64,000 bases of DNA from Carcharhinus amblyrhynchos. Its lineage: Eukaryota. This document shows, piece by piece, positions 50,201 through 62,352 of the stretch; within the stretch, counting starts at the first letter, position 1, and the number at the start of each line of letters is the position of its first letter. The notes beneath the pieces are model-generated. The model was not told where the DNA came from. It saw nothing but the letters and a program-made list of their open reading frames with translations, and searched no databases. The stretch spans positions 12,648,001-12,712,000 of the forward strand of contig OZ336904.1 in NCBI GenBank assembly GCA_965287045.1, in the 5' to 3' direction. Made by a program: the position numbers and the translations under genes.

Positions 50201-52132
50201 TGAATATAGCTGATGTACAAATCTGCAGGGAATCCTTTATCCATAAATCTGAAAACTGAACATATACTAAAATCACACTTATTTTAACCTCACTTACACC
50301 AAAAGTATATAACACTTCATGTTATTCAATTCTGAACAATTACTTTCCATGGTTTTTTTTTAAAAATGGAGTGCGTTATGAAGAACTCCATTCAACACCA
50401 TTGGAAAGCAACAAGAAAAATGACCATTCAGCCAATGCAACTCACTCAATCAAGCGTACAATTCATTTACTAAGACTCCAATTGCCCTTCACAATGACTG
50501 GATTTAATATTGCTGCATAAAATCAGGTCTAAAATGTTACTCAACATTTTCTATGAAACTTCAGAAAACTATCTGGAGGCAATTCTGAAAATTGAGGGGA
50601 GAAATTCAAATCATGAGATTTGTTGTTCCAGATTTCATTCAAAGTTTGAATGTTCAACAAAGTTATACCCCACCTCAGAGCAATTAGCCTTCAGAGCTGA
50701 CTGCAAATCAAAGCATCTCTTCAGGTGAAGAAGCTCCTAAAATCTCACTTTATTCACACAAGTTTCAAACAAACGTTTTTGTTATGGGCATTCTTTCAAA
50801 GATAGTCCAATTAACTAATTTCATATCACAAGTCAAATCAAAAGTAATTCTGCAATGCATGCATCATTACAAAGAAAACTGCAAGCAATGGTGGCAGGGG
50901 AAGCTCTGTCTTATACAAAATTAATTATCTTTCCCAAGGTTGGAGCAGCAGTTCCCCTGTGATGAAAAACTGTTACAATGGGAACATTTGGTGCTTTAAT
51001 GTTGCAATAAAAGTGTTACAAATTAAAAAAGAGGCAGTTGGTTCTCAGTACAATCACTATCCTAATACTCCAGCCGAGCCTGTGGAGATTTTTCTCCTGT
51101 CTGTTAGTTTTCCTTCAAATATATCAAAATATGTCAGCTGGTGAAAGTTTGTTTGGGATGTGTGACTTTTCTATGGTGGCAGTTGAGCCTTTGGGACAGT
51201 TTCCTCTCTGCACCCAGTCCTTGGACACATCCTACATGTGAACTTCACAGCTGACATCATTGCGATGGAACATTCATCACTGATTACCATCCAATCAGGC
51301 AACCTCGGAATAAAATTAATATTTAACTTAAATGCAGAACATATGAACTTGGAACCGATCGTTAAATTATAATACAAAAATGTGAAATCTTAGATTTCTT
51401 GTTGGGTTGCTTGAGATCAGGATCATGAAATACTTGTGTGTGGAGTTACAATGCCGTTGCTGGAATTTCCACAAAAACAGAATATTCAGAGAGATATTCT
51501 CAACCAAAATAATTAAGAAATCCAGCTCAATTAGAGGTTGTCGTTCCAAGTTTTTGTTTGATCAAAGAAATTTTTGAATCATTTATACATAACATTATAG
51601 CAATGATATGAATAAGGGTGAGAATTTCCAAATATAATTAATGAAACAGCATGTTGGCCTAAATGGATTTTTCCTGCGTTGGTAATGCACTATTGCATCT
51701 TCTAACAGCAATTACTAAGTTATTTTCATTATATGGCTCTTTATAGGGAAAAAGCAAAAAGATCAGATCAGCATTATACCTCCTCCACAATAATTCATCC
51801 AAAACTAGTAGTTGGAAAAGTCATATCATACAAATGTATTTCAAGGATACTTATGAGCATTCTGTATAGACTTTGAAATCATTGCGCCTTAAATATCAAC
51901 TGTACACGAAACTACAAATATACTTCAGTATTTATGCCAAAGGAAGTGACATGCCCACAATGCTGGCTTCTTGTCAAATACATTGTTGCTCTTCTTTTTG
52001 CATGATTTTAAACAGCCACTGCAGTCAATCCCATGGCAGGAAGAGGGAGAAAGAGGATGGAGGAAATCGAGAAACAGTGGCCTTAAAGACATCTGCCTCC
52101 TCAGCAGTTATACGTTCATTCCTCCATTCTTT

Positions 52133-52548
52133 TACTCGTTAGAGTTTAGAAGAATGAGGGGAGATCTCATTGAGACGTATATGATGATGAATGGGATGGA
52201 TAGGATAGAGGTGGAGAGACTCTTCCCGCTCAAAAAAGACAGTAGGACTAGGGGGCACAGCCTCAAGATAAAAGGGGGGCAGTTTAGAACGGAGTTGAGG
52301 AGGAACTTCTTCACTCAAAGGGTGGTGAATCTCTGGAATTCTCTGCCCATTGAAGTGGTGGAGGCTGCCTCGCTAAATATTTTTAAGACGCGGGTTGATG
52401 GGTTTTTGATAAGAGAGGGGATTAAGGGTTATGGGGAGAAAGCGGGAAAGGGGAACTGAGCAGCGACAAATCAGCCATGATCTTGAACGGCGGGGCAGGC
52501 TCGAAGGGCTAGATGGCCTACTCCTGCTCCTATTTCTTATGTTCTTAT
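52133..52548 (+). mobile_element. Young CR1 3' portion with tail (inverted relative to its RT part)
   Basis: YSLEFRRMRGDLIETYMMMNG...FFTQRVVNLWNSLP in ORF 51971-52459, tail ttcttatgttcttatg. Confidence 0.95.
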
Positions 52549-52612
52549 GATAGTCAGCAGGTCTGGCAGCATCTGCAGAGAGAAACAGTTAACGTTGACC
52601 CTTTCGTCAGAA

Positions 52613-53793
52613 CTCTATCCTATCCATCCCATTCATCATCATATACATCTCAATGAGATCTCCCCTGATTCTTCTAAACTCTAACGAGTACAAGCCCAGT
52701 TTATTCAGCCTCTCCTCATAGCTCAACCCCTCAACTCCGGTATCAGCCTAGTAAACCTCCTCTGCACTCCCTCCAAGGCCAAAATATCTTTGCGCAGGTG
52801 CGGCGCCCAAAAATGCACACAGTACTCCAGCTGCGGCCTCACCAATGCCCTATACAGCTGCAGCAAGACCTCCCTACTTTTATATTCAATCCCCCTCGCT
52901 ATGAAGGCCAGCATCCCATTCGCCTTCCTGACCACCTGCTGCACCTGCAAGCTGGGTTTTTGCGACTCATGCACAAGGACCCCGAGGTCCCTCTGCACCG
53001 TCGCCTGCTGCAGTTTTTCGCCCCGTAAGTAATAATCCTTCCTACCATTCTTCCTACCAAAGTGGACCACCTCACACTTGCCAACATTAAATTCCATTTG
53101 CCATTTCCTGGCCCATTCGCCCAGCCTATCTAGATCCTTCTGCAGACTCTCCACACCCTCCGCACAATTTGCTGTTCCACCAATCTTAGTGTCATCAGCA
53201 AATTTCGACACCCTACACTCGGTTCCCTCCTCCAGATCATCTATATAAATGGTAAAAAGCTGAGGCCCCAGCACTGACCCCTGGGGCACTCCACTAGTCA
53301 CCATCCGCCAATCCGAATAGCACCCGTTGACCCCCACTCCATGCCTCCTATTTGACAACCAATCCTCTATCCACGCTAACACCCTACCCCCAACTCCATG
53401 TCCCTCGACCTTCTGCAATAACCTCTTGTGAGGTACTTTGTCAAACGCCTTCTGAAAATCCAGAAAGACCACATCCACCGGCTCTCCTCTATCCACCGCC
53501 CTAGACACATCCTCATAGAACTCCAGTAAATTTGTCAGACACGACTTCCCTTTAATGAAACCGTGCTGCGTCTGCTCTATCAAGCAATTCCCTTCAAGAT
53601 GCCTTGCAATTTCCTCCTTAATGACAGATTCTAACATTTTATATACCACAGACGTTAAACTAACCGGCCTATAATTCCCCGCCTTTTGCCTGGCACCCTT
53701 CTTAAACAACGGCGTAACATTAGCCGTTTTCCAATCATCCGGCACTTCCCCGGAATCCAGCGACGTCTGGAAAATAACCACCAAGGCGTCCAC
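52613..53793 (-). mobile_element. Young CR1 LINE RT region with an uninterrupted 356-aa reading frame (5'-truncated)
   Basis: ORF 52723-53793 contains NYRPVSLTS, QHGF, FLDFQKAFDKVPH, GVPQGSVLGP and KFADDTK. A 1-nt deletion near 52727 relative to the 5358 copy ends the frame. Confidence 0.97.
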
Positions 53794-54164
53794 TAGAGAG
53801 AAAGCGGTTTGTGGTGGGTGAACCTTTTCTACTGAGCTTGGTCACTCAGAAAAAAGATGAACTGTTGTCTGGAGGTCTGGGTTATGAAGAAATGCTGCAG
53901 AAATTTGGTTGTGATGAAGGACAGAACTGATAGTAGTATATTAAATAATTAAAAACCACGAAGAGTGAAGAGGGTACAGATTTTAAACAGTGAAACACTG
54001 AATTCCTAAATGATAAATAGTCATACAGCACAGAAAAGGCCCTTCAGCTCATCGAGTCTATACCAATAATAACTATCACTAAAGTTGCATTAATCCCACT
54101 GCCACAGAATGGACTTCGATTTACGAACCAATTTAAGGGTCATTCTTGGCGGATGAATTACAAG

Positions 54165-56395
54165 CAAAGAACAAAAGTACAGCACAGGAACAGGCCCTCA
54201 TAGCCTGTGCCAATCATGATGCCCTAACTTTTAAAAAACCCTTGGTCCACATCCCTCTATTCATGTACCTAGCTAACATACCTGCTTCCACCACATTGTC
54301 TGGCAGACACCCACCACTGTGTGAAACACTTCCTCCGCACATCTCCCTTAAACTTTCCCCTTCTTACCTTGAACCTGTCTCCCTTGTAGTTGACACTTCC
54401 ATCCTGGGAAAAAGCCGCTGACTATTCACCCTGTCTACGCCTCTCAATTTTGTTGAGCTCTATCAGGTCTTCCCTCATCCTCCGTCTTTCTAGTGAAAAC
54501 AATCCTAGTTTGTTCAACCTCTACTCATAGCCAACACCTTCGAGACCATGCAACATTCTTGTGAAACTTCTTTGTGCTTTCTCTAAAGCTTCCACGTCCT
54601 TCTGGTAGTGTGGTGACCAGAACGGCAAGCAATACTCCAAATGCGGCCTAACCAAGGTTTCATAAAGATGCAATATCATTTCCCAACTCTTGTACTCAGT
54701 GCCCCAGCTGATGAAGTCAAGCATGCCACATGTTACTACTTTTAGAGAACTGGAGACGTGCGCACCCAGATCCCTCTGTATGTTAATATTCTTAAGGATT
54801 CTGCCATTTACAGTATAATTCACACTTACATTTGATCTTCCAAAGTGCATCGTCTCACATTTGTCTGGGTTAAACTCCATCTGCCATTTCTGTGCCCAAG
54901 TCTCCAATCTATTTATATCCTGTTGTATCCTCTGATAATTCCCTGACACTATCAGCAACTTCACCAATCTTCGTGTCATCTGCAAACTTACTAATCAGAC
55001 CACCCACAATTTCTTCCAGATCATTTACATATACCACAGAGATCCCAACACTGAGCTACAGATCTCCATTCTGAAAAACATCCTTCCACTGCTATTCTCG
55101 TCTTCTACACCCAAGCCAGTTCTGTATCCATCTAGCCAGCCAACCTGAATCCCATGTGCTTTTAATTTTTCTAACAGTCTGCCACATGGGATCTTGTCAA
55201 ACACCTTACTAAAGTCCAAATAAACCATATCCTCAGCCCTTCCTTTATTATCTGTCACCTCTTCAAAAATCTCAATCAAGTTAGTGAGACATAACCTTTC
55301 CCATACAAAACCACGCTTCCTGTCACTACTAACTGGTTCATTTTCTTCCCAGTGTGCATATACCCTATCCCTCAGTATCTTCTCCAAAAGCTTCCCCACC
55401 ACTGACATCAGGCTACCTGCCTACAATTTGCTGGATTATCCCTGCTTTCTTTCTTCAGCAAGAGAGCAACATTGGCTATTCTCCAGTCCTCTGGAACCTT
55501 GCCCGTAGTCAAAAAGGATGTGACGATATCTGTTAAGGCCCCATCTATTTCTTTCCTTGCCTCCCGCAGTAACCTGAGATAGATCCCATCGGCCCCAGGT
55601 ACTTGTCTACCTTCATGCAATTTAGAATACTCAACACTTCCTGCTTTGAGATATTGACATTCTTAAGAGTGTTCACACACCTATCCTTGACCTCAACATC
55701 TGTCCTTCTCCTTGATGAGTACTGGTAAAGTACTCACTAAGGATTTCACCCACTTCCTGTGGCCCCACGCATAACTTCCCTCCATTGTCCTTGAGTGGGC
55801 CTACTCTTTCTCTTGCTACCTTCTTCCTCCGAATATGCACATAAAAGGGCTTAGGATTCTTCTTGACCCTGTTTGCTAAAGGCCCCTTTAAGCCCTCCTA
55901 TACTCAAGGGCTTTGTCAGTTTTTACATGCCTAGACCTACTACATGTTTCCTTTCACCTTTTGACTAAAATTTACAGTTTCTCTCATCATCCACGGTTCC
56001 CAAATCCTGCCATTTCTATCCTTCATTTTTGGGGGGGGACATGCCAGTTGATTGAAATCCCAGGCAGGCCTTTAAAAGCCTCCCACACACCAGTTGTGGA
56101 TTTGCCCTCAAATAGCTACTCCCAATACACATCTGCCCTCACCCAATTAAACATCCTCACTCCAGGGCCACTCTTGTAATTATTCACGACTATCCAAACT
56201 TCTCCCCCCACTGAAACATCAATCACCTCGCCCAGTTCATTCCCCAATACTTATCTTGATAGGCATACAAACAAATGGGGAAGAGAGAAATATAAGTGGT
56301 TGGTTTAGATAGGTAAATGTGATCGACACAGGCTTGGAGGGCCAAAGGCCTGTTTCTATTCTGTACTGTTCTTTGTTCTAATACCAAGTCTAAAT
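54165..56395 (-). mobile_element. CR1 LINE (third subfamily), ~2.2 kb, frameshifted
   Basis: ORFs 55408-55620 (PGADGIYLRLLRE...VPEDWRIANV), 55025-55408 (YLDFSKVFDKIP) and 54521-54985 (WQMEFNPDKCE...LVRPHLEYC). Tail aagaacaaaagtacagcacaggaacaggcc. Confidence 0.92.
56251..56379 (+). mobile_element. Short CR1 3' tail inserted into the CR1 above, with 5-bp TSD
   Basis: cacaggcttggagggccaaaggcctgtt...ctgttctttgttct flanked by aatac (56246-56250) and aatac (56380-56384). Confidence 0.8.
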
Positions 56396-56451
56396 TAGGA
56401 GCCAAAATTGTTTTTTTGACTTATGACCTCAAATAATTTTGAAATCACATG

Positions 56452-56515
56452 TTAGGGAATTTTCACAGTAACTTCATTGCAGTGTTAATGTAAGCCTACT
56501 TGTGACCAATAAACT
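56452..56515 (+). mobile_element. V-SINE variant 3' tail
   Basis: Same tail as 498-567. Confidence 0.8.
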
Positions 56516-56865
56516 TTATTCAATAAATGGTGATCTTAAGTTGCTGCCTGGTTTATTAATAAATAACAATTTACCTCAATCATCCCTTATAATCTAGAAG
56601 GTCTCAAATCAGGTTTTCATATTGCTATCATACAAAATGCCCCAAATTTTCAACTCCCTTCCCGTAACTAAAACACCTCATTCCAGAAACATCCCAATGA
56701 ATCCATGATACATTTTTATACTTCTAACAATATAGTTAAAAAAAAGTCAAACAGTTCTGTGCAATACTAGAAACCAGGAACACTAAAAAAGTTTATTTCA
56801 ATGATTTTATGAATCGCAAAGATCAATGAGGGAGTGGAAGTCTGGCCTATGTGTTTAAGTGGTAT

Positions 56866-57128
56866 TTATTACTGTCACAAGTAGGCTTACATTAACACTG
56901 CAATGAAATTATTGAGAAAATCCCCTGGTCGCCACACTCTGGCACCTGTTTGGGTACACAGAGAATTTAGCATGGCCAACACACCTAACCAACATGTCTT
57001 TCAGACTGTGGGAGGAAATTGGAGCATCCAGAGGAAACCTTCGCAGATTCCACACAGACCGTGACCCCAGCCAGGAATCGAACCCAGGTCCCTGGCGCTG
57101 AGGCAGCTGTGCTAACCATTGTGCCACA
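56866..57128 (-). mobile_element. Near full-length V-SINE variant with alternative tail
   Basis: Minus strand: gtggcacaatggttagcacagctgcctcagcgccagggacctgggttcgattcc (A/B boxes), V-domain, then ttcattgcagtgttaatgtaagcctacttgtgac. Confidence 0.9.
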
Positions 57129-57936
57129 CTGATGCGCACATCAAAACAAAATATAAACAGATCTTCCACTTCACTTACAAATTTATTAATCTTCTCCATT
57201 GAGGCTAGGTAATGGAGAATGGAACCTTGCATGATTACAAGCTGAAAGTGATCTTGCATTGATAGCAGCTTAGAACCAGATTAATGTTCACTTAGGAACC
57301 AAAAAGAAAAACAGTCCCTAACCTACCCTGCATGAACCAGAAAAGTGCTTCTTTCAGGAGAGTTCCTGCAAAAAGCAACAAATAAAGAAAATAGCAAAAA
57401 CAAATTGAAGCAAAACTTAGCAAGTATTTGCAATCTAGGAGCATTTCCAACTTGCTAGTAAACCAAACACCATTGGATAAAGTGGTGTTTGTTATATTGA
57501 GTGAACTACACACTTGCCATTGTAATCTTTAGGCTTTTCCAGAACTTAGTAACGTAATTATCATCGACATTAAATCCTAGCTTTTATAAATAACCTACAG
57601 ACAGACCAATGGTTGACACCCCAAGTATGACTATTCATTCTGCACAGAATTTTAATGCCTCTCACAATTCGAAGTGCCAGAACATCAGACAGATAATCTG
57701 GTCAAGCACATCTCACAACATAACTGTCAACGCCCTCATATAAATCTCAAGTAAACTGTGAGGAAAATGAATGATGGGAAACCATACAGAACGCTCAATC
57801 AAATCTTCAGTTTTGTGCAGAATTCTATATTATTGGGCAGGAAACCGCTCTACGTCACAATTTTTAAGATATTGTTTCATGGGATGAGTGTATTACATGT
57901 ATTCTTATCCTTGATTGCTCTCATAGTCATTGGTCA

Positions 57937-58122
57937 CCTGTGGGTTTCCTCACGGTACTCCGGTTTTCTCCCACAGTCCGAAAGACATGCTGTTTAGCTG
58001 CATTGGCCATGCTAAATTAGCCCTCAATGTACCCGAACAGGTGGAGTGTGGCAACTAGGGGATTTACACTGCAATGAAGCTACTGTGAAAATGTAAGCCT
58101 ACTTGTGACACTCAAACTTAAA
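57937..58122 (+). mobile_element. V-SINE variant, 5'-truncated
   Basis: gtgggtttcctc...ctccggttttctcccacagtccgaaagac...atgtaagcctacttgtgacac. Confidence 0.85.
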
Positions 58123-58159
58123 CCTTCTTTAAATCACTGAAATTAATTTGTAGACCTAC

Positions 58160-59570
58160 AGTGCTTGTTAGGAGGGAATTCTAGGATTTTGAGTCAGTGA
58201 AGATGTTCCAACTCAGGATGGTGTGTGGCTTGTGAAGGGAACTTGCAGGAGGCAATCCAACGTGAGTTTGCAAAGTGCTATTGTATGGCCCTTGGTGAGA
58301 TGCTGCAGTGTATTTTATAAATAGTACAAACTTTTACTGTATTATTGCATAGTGATAGATGTTTAAGGACATAGATTAATGATGGACAACCCAGGCTAGT
58401 GAGTGGGCTAAACGAGTAATCCTCCTTCATCTCAGTAGGCCCTAAGATTGAAATCAGGCAAATTCATGAATCATGACCAAAATTAAATACATTTAATCAC
58501 ACAACGTTATATACAAACGAGCATTTTCTATAAAAACAGAACTCTCATCAACATCAAAATGGTAAAAACAAAAGAAATATATTTACACTGTGGACACATG
58601 GCTCTCAGTCAAGTGTGCGCATATAGCATGCACTTCATTTCATTTGCCCATGTTTTACACGCAAATCATTTCTGTCACACTGGTAGGACAAAATCTACAT
58701 GGACGGAAGTCTCTGGAATGTGGCAAACTTGCACATGAATAACGGTCACACTCAGAGCCCAGATGGGCCAAATGTGGCCCCCAGGCCATTGGTTGCCCAC
58801 CACTGTGACTGATCGTGTAGACTGCTGTTGTTGTAGTTTAGCTTCTTGAGTTGTCGGAGCTACACTCGCCCAAGCTAGTGAAAAGTATTCCATCACATTA
58901 CTGACTTGTGCCTTGTAGATGGTCGACAGGCTTTGAGGAGTCAGATAGTGAGTTACATGCCAATGAATTTGCAGCTTCTGACCTGCTCTTGTAGCCATGG
59001 CAAGACCTGTTTTAGTAGCCACTGCATATGGGTGGTTCAGTTCAGTTTCTGGTTATTGGCTATTATCCTTCCTCTTGGAATATTGATAGTGGGGGGAATT
59101 AAACAACCGTAGTGCTTTGAGTGTCATGGGTAGATGGCTAGATTCACTCTTGCTGGAGATGGTCATTGCCTGGCACCTGTGTAATGTGAATGTTACTTGC
59201 CACTTAACAGCTCAAGCCCAAATTTATCCAGGCCTTGCTGCATGCAAATTTGTTTCAGCATTTGGAGTCGCCACAAACGACGACAAATTCTGAAATCTGC
59301 AAACATCTCTATTTCTAACTTTATGATGTAGGGATCATTGATGAAGCAGAGGAAAATGCTCGAGCCTAGTTTGCAGTAACGTCCTGAGGTTGAGATGACT
59401 GGATTAAGAACAACCACCACCATCCTTTGTGCTTGATATGACTCCAACCTGTGGGAAGTCCCCTCCTGAATCTCATTGACTTGGGTTCCTTGATGCCACG
59501 CTTTGTGCTGCCTTGATGTTAAAGGCAGTCATTCTGAATTCACTTCTTGAGTTCAGCTCTTTTGGTTATG
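58160..59570 (-). mobile_element. Degenerate CR1/L2-group LINE (same family as 10000-11345)
   Basis: ORF 58675-59022 contains LTPQSLSTIYKAQVSNVMEYFSLAW. gctgccttgatgttaaaggcagtca near 59510 is the RT LDI/KAAF region. Confidence 0.75.
58377..58805. mobile_element. Probable hAT-type MITE nested in the LINE
   Basis: Right end ggttgcccaccactg (reverse complement cagtggtgggcaacc) versus left end taatgatggacaacc. Subterminal tggcccccaggcc as in Charlie-like ends. Confidence 0.5.
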
Positions 59571-61869
59571 TTTAGTGACTCAATAATGGAACCTGCCAAA
59601 TGGTTTGCAGCAAATCTGTCAAATGAAGAGAAATGATACCATGCCTGATTGCAAGCAGATTCCTCCAAGGAGAAATCCTATGGCAACATTAGAATTTCCC
59701 TCCACTGCTCAATGGTCACATGTCCCAGCCATTTGATGAGTGATCTCATTCCACTGATGTACTGTAAAATAACCCAAGCTTCCAGGAATGCACAAAATGC
59801 AGTTCTTATTCTTTTACTAACCTTGTTGTGATTGACAAACAGAAGTCTGACTAAATAACTTGAATTTATATATTATTTTAACGTTGCAAAAACATCACAA
59901 GGCATTATAAAGGAGCATTAATAAGATTTACCACTGAGCTATAAGGGGAGATTTTGGTAACTAAGAGTTAGCTTTCAAGTATCACCTTAAATAAAAGAGG
60001 AAGAATTTGAGGAAAGTCCATTACTTAGGGCCCGTGCAGCTGACTTTCATACTGGTCATTTGTTCAATGTACTTTCAACCCTTCTAGAGTTGCACTTTGA
60101 AGATCAATTGCTGATTGCAGCAGAAGCCACACTAACAGTACACAGCCAGACTAGGTAGCATGCCAATTAATCTGGATACACAATCATCATCCATCACTTA
60201 TGTCTCGTGGAAGCAGATACTTCTGAAAAGTGTTGGATGTAGTCTGCCATATTAAAAAGGATTTTAAATAGATGTGTAAAGAGAAGCTTCTCCTTGGAGC
60301 ATACAGGTGACATATTTTTGTCTGATGCTTGAAGACTAGTAATAGATGTCATGCAAACATTTTTTTCAAATGCATGACTTATGGTACAGCCTGGTGATGC
60401 TTTTCACAAATGCAACTATAAATAGTAGGCAAGTCCACTAGGTCAAAAATGGATTTCTTTTTCATTCCAGGATGCATCTGGATCTTGAGTAACAATCCTG
60501 GCTTTTACTTCAAAGCTTCCCAAATGACAGCCTCTCAAGGGGGCTGGAGATCTTTCTCTTCGGCAACTTCCTTCAATTTGAACAGTCTTCTCAAAGAAAA
60601 TTTTCCAATTAATTTGACAAAATCATGAAGTTTCTACCCAGACAATGCATCAACCAATAACCATGCCACCACAATCAAAGCCCTATGGGAAAAAAATCCT
60701 GCCTGGGCCAATGCCATTGCCAGTGGGATAGGGGTAGCAGTCAACTGTTTTAACAAAACTGCCCATAAACCACAAAGGTTTTCCGCATCTGAGGGCATGA
60801 ATTAAACTAAAACACATATTTCTACTAAGGAAATGCACAGGTACCATACTGATGATGCTGCTTAATACCCAGCTTGGGCATCATGGTGAAGGTTTGGGGA
60901 GGGGGTGGAGCCTGCTTTTGAAAATGTAATGCAAACATCTGAATGATCTGGAACTAAAATACTCCTGTCATTTGACAGGAAACCATATTATCTGACACGG
61001 AGTCAAATGCTTGATAAATAGTGGAGATCCCCATCCCACAAAACATTTCCGATCATAAAAGTTCATATAATATGCAATAGAATATATGAGGTTAAGAAAA
61101 AAATCCAGTGGAGTCCTTGTGGCAAACTGAACACGTCACATATTGCGAAGTGGCAGAAACCTGTATAATCCCCCCTCCCCCTTTAAACTCAAGACTTGGA
61201 GCCTCCAAAAAAAAGTGGCTTGGGTGTGCTTCAAGCACACACGTGACTCAAATCTAGGCATGTCTTTAAAAATAAACAAGGTGCAAGCAGGAGCATTAGT
61301 TTTGCACCAAATGAGATAAATTTCATCTGAATTCAGGTATCACTAATCCAAACCTTGTTTGGAAATATACCATTGTAGCAAGGAATGGAAAAAAATTAAA
61401 CACCAAAATCAAGGTCTCCTGAAATATACTTCACCTTGCATGTTACAGGTGCAAAATCTAATGCTGTCCTGCGCTACTGTCCTTTCCAGAAGCTCCTTTC
61501 TGACACTTTACACAACCATTTTAGGGAAATGCTACTCGATTAGGGGGGGGTTTAAGAAAAAACACAAACTTTGAACATCAGGAAAACAAAATTGAAATTT
61601 CTTACATAATAAACACTCCATTCTTTGGCAACGTTCAAGAGTATTAGTGAGCCAGTTGGTTTTTTAATCAGTCCAGCAGCTTTCAATGTCACTTTTTCTG
61701 GCCCAATTTTACAAATTTCCAGATTTCAATGTGGCAATCTGCCTTGGTGCTAGTCTGAAGTATATCAGTACAAAATAACACTTCAAAATCTAGGCTCCAT
61801 CAAGTTATAATTTTTTAATAAAAGTGTATTTTGACACCACTAATTTTAAAAATATGAACATGGAGTCAG

Positions 61870-62352
61870 CAAAATACTGTGGATGGTGGAACTCCAAAAT
61901 AAAAACAGAAAATATTGGAAACACAGCCAGACGGGCCTCTTGTGGGGAAAAACAGTTCATATTTCAGATAACCTGAAATGCAAACAATATTCAACAAAAG
62001 CAAAATATTGCAGATGCTGGACATCTGACACAAACAACAAATGCTAGAAAAACTCAGCAGGTCTGCAGTTGTCTGTGAAGAAAGAGCAGAGTTAAAGCTC
62101 AGTTCAATAAGACTCTTCTTCTGAACTGAAGATAGATAGAAACACGATAAGTTTTATGCTGCTGATAACAGGAGCATCAGGTACAGCAAGGAGGAAAGCA
62201 AGGGACAGGGTAGACAGCGGGGGTGTTTAAATGACAATGAGAATTAAATCTCCCCTCCCTGTGTTTTTGTTCTACCTGACCCTCCTTTTCAACAGAATAA
62301 AAGTCATTACATTTTTACCTTCCATCAGTTCTAAACAGTCATACTAGACTCG
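61870..62352. mobile_element. Penelope-type/shark interspersed repeat remnants
   Basis: Two copies of caaaata-tg-gatg-tgga...aaatgct-gaaa--ctcagcaggtct (61870, 62000). A related fragment forms the spacer at 52549-52612. Confidence 0.5.

Noticed and set aside
51971-52459. 162-aa ORF as a novel chimeric protein
   Set aside because: Unique flank happens to be in frame with the inverted CR1 3' fragment. TTG start and no promoter or splice support.
52723-53793. Domesticated reverse transcriptase gene
   Set aside because: Near-identical to other young CR1 copies, 5'-truncated, lacks the endonuclease and a real ATG start. Intactness reflects youth.
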